Assembly (NCBI GenBank): GCA_016748015.1
Contig: JAAOMT010000303.1
Location: 682,001 to 746,000 of the forward strand
Source: Geosiphon pyriformis uo1
Taxonomy: Eukaryota; Fungi; Glomeromycota
Direction: 5' to 3'
Length of the DNA: 64,000 bases
Positions 13,380-26,400 of the stretch are shown here, one piece after another (position 1 is the first letter of the stretch; each line of letters begins with the position of its first letter). The notes under the pieces were generated by a model that ran no database searches, was not told where the DNA came from, and saw nothing but the letters and a program-made list of their open reading frames with translations. Position numbers and translations under genes: made by a program.

Positions 13380-15019
13380 CTAATGGGATGGACTAGTCGT
13401 AGACATCTCAATGACATTTGGTGTAGGTGTGGGTGTGGTAGGGGTTGTTATTCCACTAGTTTCTACAGGAGATGACGCCGTGGAAGTCAAGATGTTATTG
13501 GAAGATGGGTTTCCAACAAAACCTCTGCGATCTCTTCTCATAAATAATTTCCTGAATATTAAAATTTTAGTACTGTGAGCTTTGGAAATACCCAATCTTG
13601 AATACCGACTATTTACCAGTTGTTCTTCAATTTTGCTAGAATTTTATCCATTTCTTTTTGCTTATCATCATTGGATAATATTGAGGAAAGGATATAAGTC
13701 ATTTGAAGCATACGTGCGGCTGTATCAGCGACGGGAATTCCAGAATCAAAATCATGAAATAATTTATTGAAAGCTTCTATAAAATTATCCAACGTCACTT
13801 TTAATGTTAGAAATATCTGGCCTAAATCATGATTTTATTTTAAAGTCATCGCTAACCGTCCACTCGATCACCCATTGGTAGAATCACTTGATCTCGAAAA
13901 CTCATTAATACCATTCGTCTTATACTCACCTCTTCCCCTGCCAAATTTGATGATAAAAGTTGTGAAGCGGATTGTATTTGTAATGGAAGGAAAACACCCT
14001 CGAAATAAGGTATCACGGTTCCAAAATAAAATGACCATAATTCATTCAGACGTGAAACAAGCTTTTCGTCAGGAACATCGCGTAATTTACTGTTCAGAGT
14101 TGACATTCCAGATGCCAAGAGTTCGTTAATTTCATAGTAAAGTGATTCTGGCGTTTTGTCATTTATACAGCGTCTAGGTTTTGTTTAATTACAGGTTCGA
14201 AGGGGGACAATTTATATCAGAATAACTTCTTAAACCAATGCAGATGAAAGAGTTAATGATGCATAACCTTAAAAGATCATTCAAATCCTCTATGCACATC
14301 TTCAAACCTTCACCGTTGAACAAAGGTAACACATTGGTGCAAAGCGTTTGCCAGCCATCACGTTGTCCTAAATTATCTTTTGGTTCCGTTTTTTCCGTTT
14401 CTGAAGTTACCACACGTGGATCAAAGGGAAAGCTTCGGTGACCAGATGCAGTGGGTGTTGGTGAGTAGAGTGGCTGTGAAGAACTACTAGCTGCATCTTT
14501 GATAATTGCAGGAATAGATCCAGTTGAAAGAGATTTTTCATGAAAAGCATTAATGGAGGTAGTTGACGAGGAATAGCCGGAAAACAGGCTGGAAGCAGTA
14601 TTATTACGGTCTATATACGGTGACGCTTGCGCAAAAAAAGAGGTGCTGGTGGAAGAACTTGACGAATTCACACCACCACTATTGTTCCTTGTCAGAAGAC
14701 TAGGAGGTGATGCGCGATATAATGATGTTGATGATGGTTGATTGATTTGTGTTTGCTGTATTATTGTCGAAGACCACGATGGGTTGCGATCTATCTTAGG
14801 CGATGAAGAAGAGGTTGCTGAAGTTGGCACTGTTGTTACAGTCGGCGAAAGAAAGCTTTGCAGATTGAAACCCAAACCTGAGGACGAAAACGTTGGAAGA
14901 CTGTTGCTCAGTGTTGTACTTTGAGCAGGTTGGGAAAGTGACGCAGTGGAAGAATTCGAAGAGGTGCTTGGTGTTGAACCGGGAGACTCGGGGGACTCTT
15001 GAATGGGATTCAAGTTCAT
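13380..15019 (-). CDS. HbrB-like / Bit61-PRR5(Protor) family protein, probable TORC2 subunit; 4 exons (15019-14268, 14173-13857, 13776-13617, 13551-13380), 466 aa
   Basis: Three GT-AG introns (94, 80, 65 nt) give one frame: 'WQTLCTNVLPLFNGEGL..IEDLNDLL', 'LVSRLNELWSFYFGTVIPYFEGVFLPL', 'LMSFRDQVILP', 'ARMLQM', 'NWKLFMRRDRRGFVG'. Ser-rich N-terminus. Confidence 0.88.
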
Positions 15020-15469
15020 GTTAAAAAGTGTCAGTTTTTAAGTTTTCTGAGCAAATCAAGCTAAAAAAAGATAAAAATACTTTGAAAGGTTCTATTAATT
15101 ACAATAATTAAATATTTTGAATGTTTTTTTTTCATATAACTTACATTATTACACAATTAAGCATAAAATATATAATAAAAATTTATATTATTAATTTTTT
15201 AATTTATTAATGTAAGTTATAAACACAAATTAAATTTTTTAATTTTGTTATTATTAAACTTATAAAAAATCAAAAATACATAATTATTTAATTAATAATT
15301 TATATATATAACAAATTCAATTAATTGAATTAAAATAATATACTTAAATATTTAAACCAAAAAAAAAGATAACTTTACAATTTAAAACTAAATAAATAAA
15401 ATTTTGATATTTATAATAAATAAAATATTATACTCTTTTTTTTATCTTAATTTTATAATCACCACTAAA

Positions 15470-16798
15470 ACAAAGAATAAAAAATTACTTTCTTTATAAT
15501 AATTAATAAAGTTTTAACAAAAAAAAATTTTTTTGTAAAATATTCTAATAATATTTTTTTAAATATTAATAATAAAAAGCTATTTTTAACAATTTTTAAA
15601 ACATTTTTTTTATTTTTAATTAGTAGTTTTTTTCTAATTAAAGTTTTTTCTAAAAAATACTAAGTTTAATTTTAGTGGTAATTTTTTTTTTTAAGAACCT
15701 TAAAAAAAAATTGTGTAAAATTTTTTTAAAGAGTTAATTTTTTGAATAAGAAGTTTTTTGTATTTTGTTTTTTTTTGCTATTTTATTTTACAATTTTCTA
15801 AAACATAAATCTTTTTGTTATTGCTTTAATAAGTACTACTATAAGTATTATGTTCAAAAAAAAATTAATTAAAGATGTTGTTTTAAGCTTTATAAATAGG
15901 AATCTGATGTAAAAACCCAAAATATTTATTAACAAAATTAAATACTTAGATAATAAAACAAATTTGAAGTTCAAAATACTTTTATAAAATATCAGTTAAT
16001 TTAAAAATATAAATATTATTTCTGATAATATAAAAAAAAGCTTAGCAATATACAATATTAGTTATAATACTAATAGTAAAAGTAAAAAATCTTTAAATTT
16101 TCATACTAATATCCCAAAAACAAAGCAGTTTAACTCTAAAAAACAACAGCTTTCTTTTTTAGCTTATGTAATTTTGGCTTTAATAATGATAATATATATT
16201 TTTTTTCTTCTTTAAACATTTTTTGAAAAAAATAAATTAATTTTAAAATTATTAAAATTCAGATAATAGTTTTTATGAAAAAATTTTTTGCTTTGAACAT
16301 CAATTTTTCAATAGTTAAAAGTAAATTAGTAATAACCAAAGTACAAAATATTAAAAAAAATTTTAAAAGTAAATAGTTTCGGAAAAATTATTACTTTTTT
16401 AAAATTAAAAAAAATTATATAATTTATATTTATATTTGAAAAAAATTTAAAACAAGCAGTTTAATTGGCTTTAAGAATAAAATTGTAGTAAAAATCAATA
16501 TTAAAAAACAAAAAATCTTTTTAAATTAAACTGTAATTATTAAAAAAAAATTATAAATATATTGAAGAAAAAAATTATTTTAGTTTTATTTAAATATAAA
16601 TAAATTTTATTTATTTGATTACAGCTTATTGATTATAATAAAAAACTATGATAAAATTTCCAAAATAAATTAAGTTAATAATTTGTTAAAAATAATCTGT
16701 ATTAATTAAAAAAAAATTAATATATATAATTAAAACTATTTTAAACCAAATTATTTGAACTTTTAAGAATTAATTCAGAGCAATTTTATTTATACTGT
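15470..16798 (+). mobile_element. Highly decayed LINE ORF1 remnant
   Basis: Fragments such as 'KKFFALNINFSIVKSKLVITKVQ' and 'FRAILFIL' resemble fungal LINE ORF1 (recalled, not searched); no CpG; continues briefly after the LTR at 17751. Confidence 0.5.
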
Positions 16799-17750
16799 TG
16801 TTACCAGTAGAATTTTAGTTATTAATTAACATGAAATTATTCTTATAATTTTTATTATTAATTAGTATATATTATTATCATTTCAATTATTACTTATTAA
16901 TTAATCAAATTATCAAATATTATTATTCAATTAATAATTTAATTTGTACCATAGAAATTAAAATAATCAAATTATACAATACTCTAAACCATTTAATATT
17001 CTAAAATTTGCCGAATTTGGTGGAAATTGGCCGAAATAATCAATAGTTTGTAGAAATAACTTGTAGTTTACTGAAATATATCTTTAATTTGCCAAAATTA
17101 TAGCAAAAAGAAAAGTGCAAGTTCAAAGACTAGTATCATAGCAAGTTGTATAAAAAAAAAATTTCTCTTTAAAAAAAAATATCTTACTTTAGATATCTTA
17201 ATTAGAATAAATCATATTTTATACACCTTTATAAAATCAAATAAAAATTAAATATTTGAAAACCAAATCCTTAATTATTATACTTAAAATTCATAAAAAC
17301 TCAACTAACATTTTGAAATTAATTAACTACCAATTTCAATAATCTGTTAGTAACTCCAAACTTGGATAAAAAACGTTTCCTTAACAAAATTCTATTTTTT
17401 TTATATTTTTTTTATATTTTTTTTTATTTTCTTATTATAATTATTAGAGTAGCTTACAGATAAAATTCTTGTAAAAGAGTTGATTTTCACAACAAAATAA
17501 CTACACATTTTTAGTGAGTTTCTAGATAAGCAATTTCTGGGAAAGAGTTGACATTTATTACAATATAACTACACAAAGTAATTGGCATAGAATCAGCCAT
17601 TCTACTTATGAGCCCAGCAGTTCAAATTATAAGAGATAATTTAAAGATAAATTCAGTTATTGGAGGTTTAACTACTTCCAAAAAATGTGAATTCACAACA
17701 AACAGATATTAACAACATTTAAAAAAAGAGACCAAAAATCTTTAATAATA
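16799..17750 (+). mobile_element. Solo LTR, family B
   Basis: TGTTACCAG start; TSD CTGT/CTGT. Confidence 0.9.
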
Positions 17751-17879
17751 CTGTTTATAAAAACAATAACTTAAAAAAAAATTGTAAAACTTATAAAAAT
17801 CAAAATTTATACCATAGGTTTTTGCAATTTTGAGTAAACTAACTATGTTATCAAAAAGCAAAAAAGGCAAATTGTAAAC

Positions 17880-20800
17880 CACCAAAAACACTAAATTATT
17901 ACATGTAATTAAGCTTTTTTTTTATGATTGCCTTATATTTGAATCTTATCAACTATACTTTAACATAATAAGTCATTCTTAAGCTTTGCATAAAGTCAAT
18001 GATCTTTTTACTTACAGTCTTAATACTATCAAAAACAAATACAGTCTTTAAAAACCACTCCCTAAACACAAAGTTCTTATACAAACAGTATAAACAATAT
18101 TATTAAATACACACAAAAAAAGCATTTCTAAGACAAAAAATAATGTTATGCCCAAACTTAATAAAGAATTTCATCAAATTAAATATGAACCAATTAACTC
18201 TCTACAAGTAACAAAATTTATTTTATATGTAAAAAAGTAGTTAGAAAACTCTATCTTCCTAGAATAAAGACACAATACACTAAGATATTACTTATTATAC
18301 AGGCATTTACAAATAGCAATAGGTAACTGACAATACAAAGCTTTCATAAAAGTAAGTTTGCTTATAAAGTCAGATGTTATATATAAGTTAAAATACCAAA
18401 TTAACAATATTCAAATCTAATTTATATCTTTAATTATGTTTTTATTAATGATACCAAACTTAGACCCAACTTTTCAGTAAGCATAACAAATAGCTCTAAA
18501 AACATCTTAAGTAAAATAATGAATATTTCTAAATACAGCTTTTTCATTTACTTTAATATATCTTTTATTAATAAAAATAAAGAGCACCAAACTTAAATGT
18601 AATATTATATCAGCTAATTTATTAGTATGCTTATTATCTAAGATACCTAAATGGCTTTTAATCTTAGCTTAAACAATGCTTAAATTCTTATATCAAATAG
18701 ATTTTATAATACAATGTCTCTTGAGTTAACAATAATTGTAAAAATCAAGTAAAACTAGATTTAATTCTATGTTACAGATGTTTAAAGCAGTTTGACTGTT
18801 CAAATGTACTATTATAGCATTAGAAACAAAAACATACTCCAAAACCAAAATGATTGTTTACAATTTCACTAAAATAAAAAAAATCAAACTATCAATCTCA
18901 ATCTTTATACTTAGATTTAAGTTAGCAAAATATACAGTCATATTACTTTTTATGATTTGTAAGCCCAAATTCTTTAAAGATCTGTCTGTATAAACATTAA
19001 CAATATTTAACTTGGTATTGGAAAAATGATGTTTTACTGTTGAAAAACCACTAAAACCAAGAACACTCAAGAGTTAAAAATTACCAATTGGCAGCTAATT
19101 AACAAGATAAGAAATAATATTAACCAAATAATTGCATGCCAATTTGAACCAAACAAAAACAGGCCCTTAGAATCAAGTTTTTTTTAATAACAAAAATTCA
19201 TTCAGCTAAAAACTAACTTTTTTTTATCATATAGCTGTTGTTACCAATAGAATTTAACTAGTAATTAGCATGAAATTACCCTCATAATTCCTATTATTAA
19301 TTAGCATACATTATTATTATTTTGATTATTATTTATTATTTAATCAAATTATCAAATATCATTACTCAATCAATAATCCGATTTGTACTCTAGAAATTAA
19401 GATAATCAAATTACACAATACCCTGAATCATTTAACATAGTCAAAATTCGCCGAAATTAATAAAAATTGGCCGAAATAATCAATAGTTCAGTGAAATAAC
19501 TTGTAGTTCACCAAAATATATCTTTAGTTCACTTAAATTATAGCAAAGAGAAAAGTACAAGTTCAAAGACTAGTACTACAACAAATTGTATAAAAGAAGA
19601 GCTTTTCTCTTTAAAAAAATATATCTTCTCATAATATCTTACTATAGTATCTTATTTTAGATATCTTAATTAGAACAAATTATCTTTTATATATCTTAAA
19701 TAAAAATTAAATATTTGAAAACCAAATCCTTCAAATTATTATATTTAAAATTCCCTCAAACACAATTAATGTTTTGAAATTGATTAGCTACCAATTTCAA
19801 TAATCTGTTAGTGACTCCAGGCCTGAATAAAAAACGTTTCCCTTGATAAAATCCCATTTCTTTTACATTTTTTTTATTTTTCTTTTATTTTCTTATTATA
19901 ATCATTAGGGTAGCCTACAGACGAGATTTCTGTAGAAGAGTTGACTTTCACAGCAAAGTAACTACACATTTTTAGTGAGCTTTCAGATGAGCAATTCCTG
20001 GGAAAAAGTTGACGTTTACTACAACATAACTACATAAAGTAACTGGGAAGGAATTGGCCATTCCATTTATAAGCCCAGCAGTTTAAATTATAGGAGATAA
20101 TTTGAAAATAAATTCAGTTATTAGAGGTCCAACTACTTCCTAGAAACATGAATTCACAGCAAATCAACATTAACAACATTCAAGAAAAAAGACCAAAAAC
20201 CTCCAGTAATACTGTTTAACAAAGATAATACCAAACTTTTTAAGTAAGCAAAAGACATTATAAAAAACTAAACTTTTCAGAACAGATAACATTAGAGTAT
20301 TACCAGAAAAATAAAATACATAAAGTAAATTGTTTATAAAAAAAACACCACAATTCACAAAAATTTTAACCACACCAACCAAAAATTATTAATTAACTTT
20401 TAATTTTATAAAATACTATAGAAAATAACTAAAAAACCAACTCAATATCTGCAAATCTAAAAACCTATAATTGAATAGCTAATTGAAAATACTGCTAAAA
20501 TTTGCAAAACATAATACAAATATTATTTTATTTTCTGTCTGTACTTGTTTAAATGTTTTTAAGTCATATAGAAATAAATGGTAAAGAGCTTTATTGAGAA
20601 AATTTCTTAACAATCCAGTTTTTGTTTTTAAACTTTTCTTAATTAATATATTCTATTTGTTACACATACTTTTAGAAACAAAACTAAATTGAGTTCTATA
20701 ACTAATTATAAGTTGCAGTACAGCTGAAACTAAATAAAAAAACTGTTTATTCAAGATAGTCTTTTTTAATATTATATTGGCAAAAAACTTTATATTTGAA

Positions 20801-21288
20801 TGAATTTTTGCCAAGCTAGATTTAAACAAACTTTTAGATGATAAAAAAATACTTTGATATTTATAAGACTTTTTTTTTTATGTAACAGATATTGGTTAGC
20901 CACTTATTAATAATAAACTATTCTTAATATTCTAATTGATATATATAACTACTGTTTTTTTGTTATTAATTGAAATGTCATTAATATTCAAAATATGTTG
21001 AATAGCAGTATGACTATTTTTTATCCAGATTTTGTTATCAATAAAAGCACCAGCTACTAAATAAAAAGTTAAACCAGCTTGACTTTTAACTCTGTCAGTT
21101 TTAATATAGTAATCATATATATCTTCATGCTTTTTTATTTCACATAAAAGAAGATCATAAAAAATTTTCTATAGCAGGAGAAAAAAAATTTTATCTTAGT
21201 TCAAATCATTATGTACTTAATATTCTTTAGTAAGCCCATAATTTATAATAACATAGTTATATTTATTTATATAGATATTGCCAAAAAA
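17880..21288 (-). mobile_element. Decayed LINE, 3' half (RT-RNase H-C-terminus), related to 346-8220
   Basis: RNase H 'VNVYTDRSLK' in ORF 18858-19070; RT 'AGAFIDNKIW' ~21050; truncated at ~21288, where it abuts Gypsy RT. Confidence 0.8.
19239..20211 (+). mobile_element. Solo LTR, family B
   Basis: TSD CTGT/CTGT; LINE frame 'GIIFVKQ|LYDKK' is continuous across it. Confidence 0.9.
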
Positions 21289-22690
21289 CTACTGATTTTT
21301 ATAGTAATTCTGTATAAACAATTTTTATAAGCTATTAAAAAGTAGTTGAAGCATTAGTTAAGCCAAATAACATAACATTAAATTCAAAGTTCTTTTCTCT
21401 GGTTGTGAATATAGTTTTTTCTTTATTCTCTGGTTTTATGGCTATTTGTCAATAACCACTGTTTAGATTTAATATTGAAAATCATTTTTTTTCTCTATAT
21501 ATATTGAATAATTCTTGAATCTGTAAAATTAGATAGCTGTTTCTTTAAGTAATACTGTTAAGCTTTCTGTAATCTACACAAAAACAGATTTTCTCATTTT
21601 TCTTCTGGATTAGTACTATTGGTAATAATCATAGACTCATAAATGGTTGAATTAACTCATTGTCTAACATTTTGTTAATTTTTTGTTTGATGATCTCATA
21701 GTTTGGTAATAGTATTCTGTATATTTGTTGTTTTATTGGCATTGTATTTTCAGTTTTAATTTGGTGTTGAATAATATTAGTTTTACCAAATTCATTTTTA
21801 CTGACAAATACATTGGTGAAATTATTAAGTAGTATTTTGAATTGCATATATTGAAGTGGGTCTAAATTTTTCAAGTTCATTTGTTCTAGTTGTTTTGGTT
21901 AAAGCAAATAACATTTTTTTATTTATAAATTGTTTGTGATGTAATATCCACATATCTGAACAGTTGTGGAAAATATGGAATGGTGTTTGGTAGTTGGTTT
22001 TCAACTTCAATGCTTAAGTATTTAATAGTAGTTTCACTTGGTATTTTAATGTTTTTAGTTGTATTATAGATGAAAATTTTGATGTGTTTATAGTTTTTGG
22101 CTAGTATATAGAAATTGGTGATTTTAATCTTCTCTGATTCATAAATAGTTGGTTTCACTTCAAAAATCTAAGACTGGTTTTTTACTTTTTTTTTATTACT
22201 AATATATATTGGTTATATGGTAGAATAAAAATTAATTGATTGGTGAAAATAATTTCTCTCTTATTAATTGGTTCTTTTTCTGCCATATTAATTGGTATGT
22301 TTATTCTATTTATTAATTTGAATTTATTTTTTTCTTTGGCTATAATTCCTAATTTTTCTCTTTTTTTCACTAATACTAACTGAACTATTTTGACCAAAAA
22401 CAAAAATATGGCCTGTACTATTTTTTTATTTGGTTTAATTGTGTATTCTTTTTTCAAATTATTTTGTAGTATTGTAATAATATTTTCTATATATCTTGTA
22501 TCAATTATTTCTCCTTTGATATTAATCCCTTTTTTCACTAAATTAGATCTAGATACTAATTGAATTATTGTTGTTGCTGGAATTTTCAATACTATTTTTA
22601 GATCTATACTAGTACATAAATATAATTTTAATTTGATGGCAGTTTTCTCTGAGTATCTAAGATCAAATTTTGTATTAGTATTATGCATGC

Positions 22691-23394
22691 TGTTACTCAT
22701 AGAAATATAGAAAATATATATTAGCATAGTTATTAGCCAATCAGAAATAGATGTAGTAAATGTGGAATTCCAAGATTCCTCTTAGGAATTGCAGAATTTC
22801 CCTTAAAGGAATTGCAGAATTCCAGGAATTTCAGGATTTCTGTTGTAAAGAATGGAAGAATTGAGGAATTTCAATTATGTATATATAGCAGTAATATTAG
22901 AAGCTGAAAGAGACAGACCTCCCAGTTTAGATTTCATCTAGACAACCTTCTAAACACAATAAATAACTATTTGGTATTTCAAACCTAATTCCACTATTAA
23001 CACTTTATGTTGATAGTAATTGATACTTAAATATACTGAAACAATAGCTCTTGATCACGGCTATTGACAGGATACTAACTTGCAAAACCACCTTGGCTTA
23101 TTTATTAAGAATTGCCTGGTAAAAGACCCCTGCAAGAGGATAGAACATGTACAGAGATACAGAATACTTACCAGAGGATTGCTGGCCATTATGCCAAGAA
23201 AAAAATTGACAGAATTGCAATTCTGGGAAGCTATGGATAAAACAACTATTGAATCTCTGTCCATTATACAAAGAACTCAAACTGAAATCTTCAGATACAA
23301 AACCTTCAGATTATTAACATCAACACGAATAACTTTTAGCACCAAGTTACAGGTTTGTTATTTGATTTGAGACCCCAAAAAATTACTCGTAACA
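22691..23394 (+). repeat. 5' LTR of G1 (family A), 704 bp
   Basis: Direct repeat of 31838-32684 with two internal deletions. Confidence 0.95.
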
Positions 23395-23396
23395 TT

Positions 23397-23413
23397 TGGT
23401 GCTTTCTGTGAGG
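23397..23413 (+). promoter_or_regulatory. Primer-binding site TGGTGCTTTCTGTGAGG, probably for elongator tRNA-Met
   Basis: Starts 2 nt after the LTR with TGG. Its complement CCTCACAG..AGCACCA resembles eukaryotic elongator tRNA-Met 3' ends. Also present at ~37495-37510 and ~53200-53216. Confidence 0.75.
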
Positions 23414-26400
23414 TATAATCCTACAGAGAACCAGCACCAACACAAATCTAAAAGTAGCAGAATCAGAAAACATAGGAGCAAACCATCTAGGATTTGCAAA
23501 ATCCTTATTTCAACACTACTGTCAACATTTGGGATTAAATCACAACCACATATCAGCAGAATCAGCTTTCAATTTTTACATCAACAAAAAAATTGCCTAT
23601 CTGTTAGGAACACCAGTAAATATCAAATTGGCAAGAGAAGCCTTTTACAGTGAATTAATTCAAAATACCAACCTGTCAACAAATCACAATTTCATTTCCA
23701 TTATCATGGAAATCAACAAAAAAATTGAACACCACACACAGCAAAGATACCTTATTACTTACGCGAACAAAGGCAAAGGAAAACTGCAAACACCAGCAGT
23801 AACACCCAAAAGAATACAACCACCTACTTGGAAGAAAGCAAGAGTTGAGTCCCCAACTAATCCATCATACTACTATACACCCGGAAGTGCCATTAATATT
23901 ATATCTACTGGCACATCCACATCAAATGTGACAACAGCCTTTAGAAGATTTTCCTTCCAAAGTAAACAGAGAAAAGAGGAGTTATTAGGACCATATGGCA
24001 TGTATTTTGAAGGATTTAAATTGCAATTGCCAATACCATTAGGACTTTAATTACTACCACTACCACCAGATTTCAGCACTATTACTTTATGGAAATTGTC
24101 TGAAGAAGAGAAACAAGAAGAAGAGGAAGAAGAATCTGAGGATTAAGAGTTCACTTACCAAAACCCAATCCCTGAAAACCCGGAATTTGAAACCCCAAAC
24201 AATCAAACTCTGAGAAATCCAAATCAAGAAAACCCCAAAATCAAAACTTTGAATATTAGAACACTGCTAAATCAAGACAATCAAAACCCCAAAGTAATTA
24301 ATTAATACTTACCTCCAGTTATTGTCATTGATCAACCACCCATTGAACCAATTGGCCAGCCCATCCAACCACAGAACCAACAAAATCAACAACTGCCATC
24401 AATACCACCTCAACAACAACAACAACTTCCACCACCACAGCAACAACAAATGGCTTATGCACCCATCGCAAAACTTGACAAATTCAATGGTAAAGAAGAT
24501 GATGCCCAAGTCTGGTTAAATAACGTAGTCAAAGCCATTACAGCCAATAATTGGAATGATGCTAGAGCAATGCAAGTGATCTCTTACTTTCTCCAGAATA
24601 CCACTGATGTATGGTATCAAAGTCTCGCTGTTAAACTCCAAAATTTTAATGGATTCAAAACTGAATTCTTGTGGTACTTTAGCAACAATAATAGTATCAA
24701 CAAATTAGCCAACACCTTTACAACTATTAGACAAGGAGACACTAAAGCAATCACTACCTACTTGGGATGCTTCCATAGAAATCTACACCAAATACAAGCC
24801 ATCCAAGCTGACTATTTTACAGCACCACAGATTTTAAATCAATTTATTAGAGAATTGCACAGTAGCATCCTACAACAAGTACATTCAATGCACCCAGTAG
24901 ACCTTCCAACCACAGTCACATATGCCAGAGATTTTGAAGCAGCTGAACTAGAAGCTAATCACACTCAAGCTGTAAATGTAACAATGAATAGATCATCTGA
25001 ATTGGATTCCAAATTGAAGCAATTCAGTGATTCAATTAATCAGAAATTAGAGGGATACTTAGTTAACAATCACACGATTTATCAACCTCTTCAATGGCAT
25101 AACAATCAAAGAAATGCGAATCGTTTTCAAAATCAGTCATGTCTATCGTCATCATCCAATCAGTTGTGGCAGCCAGAGACGTGTGTCTGTTACAACTGTG
25201 GTAAACAAGGGCACATCAGAGCCAACTGCCATACTTATAGTAATCTATAATTGGAAAATAAATATAGAAATCCTGATTGCTGGTTCCAGACTCTGAATTA
25301 TCATCTGAATCAAGACCAATACCAATCTACTTACCTGTTTATGACGCATTAACCAATTTATCAACTGCCAGTCTATCAAACTCCAGTTTATCAACCACTG
25401 CCACAAGCAATTTATCAGGTGCAGCCACAAATAATATATCAACCACAGCCACCAGCAATCTATCAAACACCTACCATTCAAACAACATCAGCAAACCCAG
25501 CTCAAATGACATTAGGGAACCCAAGATTGAGGATCACCCAAAACTGGAAATCAGCAATGGTTGTACATTAACCAATTCCCAGCTCTTCCTACCAACAATC
25601 AGAATTTTGTCAGTGGAATTTGGGCACCAGTTCTACCCAAAACCCAAATTTTCAACACTATTTAAGTCTTCTAGTGACTTCAAAAGACACCACATCTAGC
25701 AATCAGGGAATCAAACAACAACAACCACTTATCAATAATATCCCACCTGCTACAATTACTGAAAATGAATTTTTGGATGCCATCTTTCCATTTGAACTCA
25801 AGGAACCATCAGATATGCCATTATTCAGTAGAGCAGCCCTTGAAGAAAAACTGATCATGGCCATGTACACTGATGCCAAGGTCAATGGCCATTCCATCAA
25901 ATTAATCCTTGACAGTGGTTCAGCAGGCAGCATCATCATACAACAACTCATGAATCAATTAGATCGCCAAGTTGATTGCACTGCCAGTGCCAGAATTATC
26001 ACCGCAGATGGAGCCACCAAAACCCCAATTGGCAAAATCAATGACTTTCCAATTGAAGTCAATGGCATTATAGTACTTATCAAAGTTCTGGTGATGGAAG
26101 CCACCTAATACTAAGCATTAGTTAATAATGACTGGCTATCCAAAACCAATGCCATGCTCAATTAGACAACTCAAGAACTAGTACTCAGCCAGAATGGTTA
26201 ACACATGCAAGTACCAGCAATGTGTGGTCACTTCAAAGCTACCAACACCACAGTACCACTAATTGACCTTGAAAAAAAAAAACCAAAACCTACTTAGAAA
26301 GCATATCAAGTCTCATGGGCTGACGAAGAACACAATGAGCTACCACCAATACTCTCATGGGACAACAATGGCAAAGAAAAACAGAAGAGAACAGAACCTA

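Noticed and set aside
16799-20211. Two direct family-B LTRs 1.5 kb apart with outer CTGT flanks, looking like a TRIM or non-autonomous element
   Set aside because: Each LTR has its own CTGT/CTGT duplication, there is no PBS or PPT, and the interior is LINE sequence continuing past the second LTR.
21270-21310. Gypsy RT fused to LINE RT (chimeric RT)
   Set aside because: The junction is out of frame and both sides are full of stops; a deletion scar.
23340-23430. Ty1-style read-through of the LTR ORF across the PBS instead of splicing
   Set aside because: A stop lies in the PBS or LTR end in all three copies, and in G0 and G2 the read-through frame is not the gag frame.
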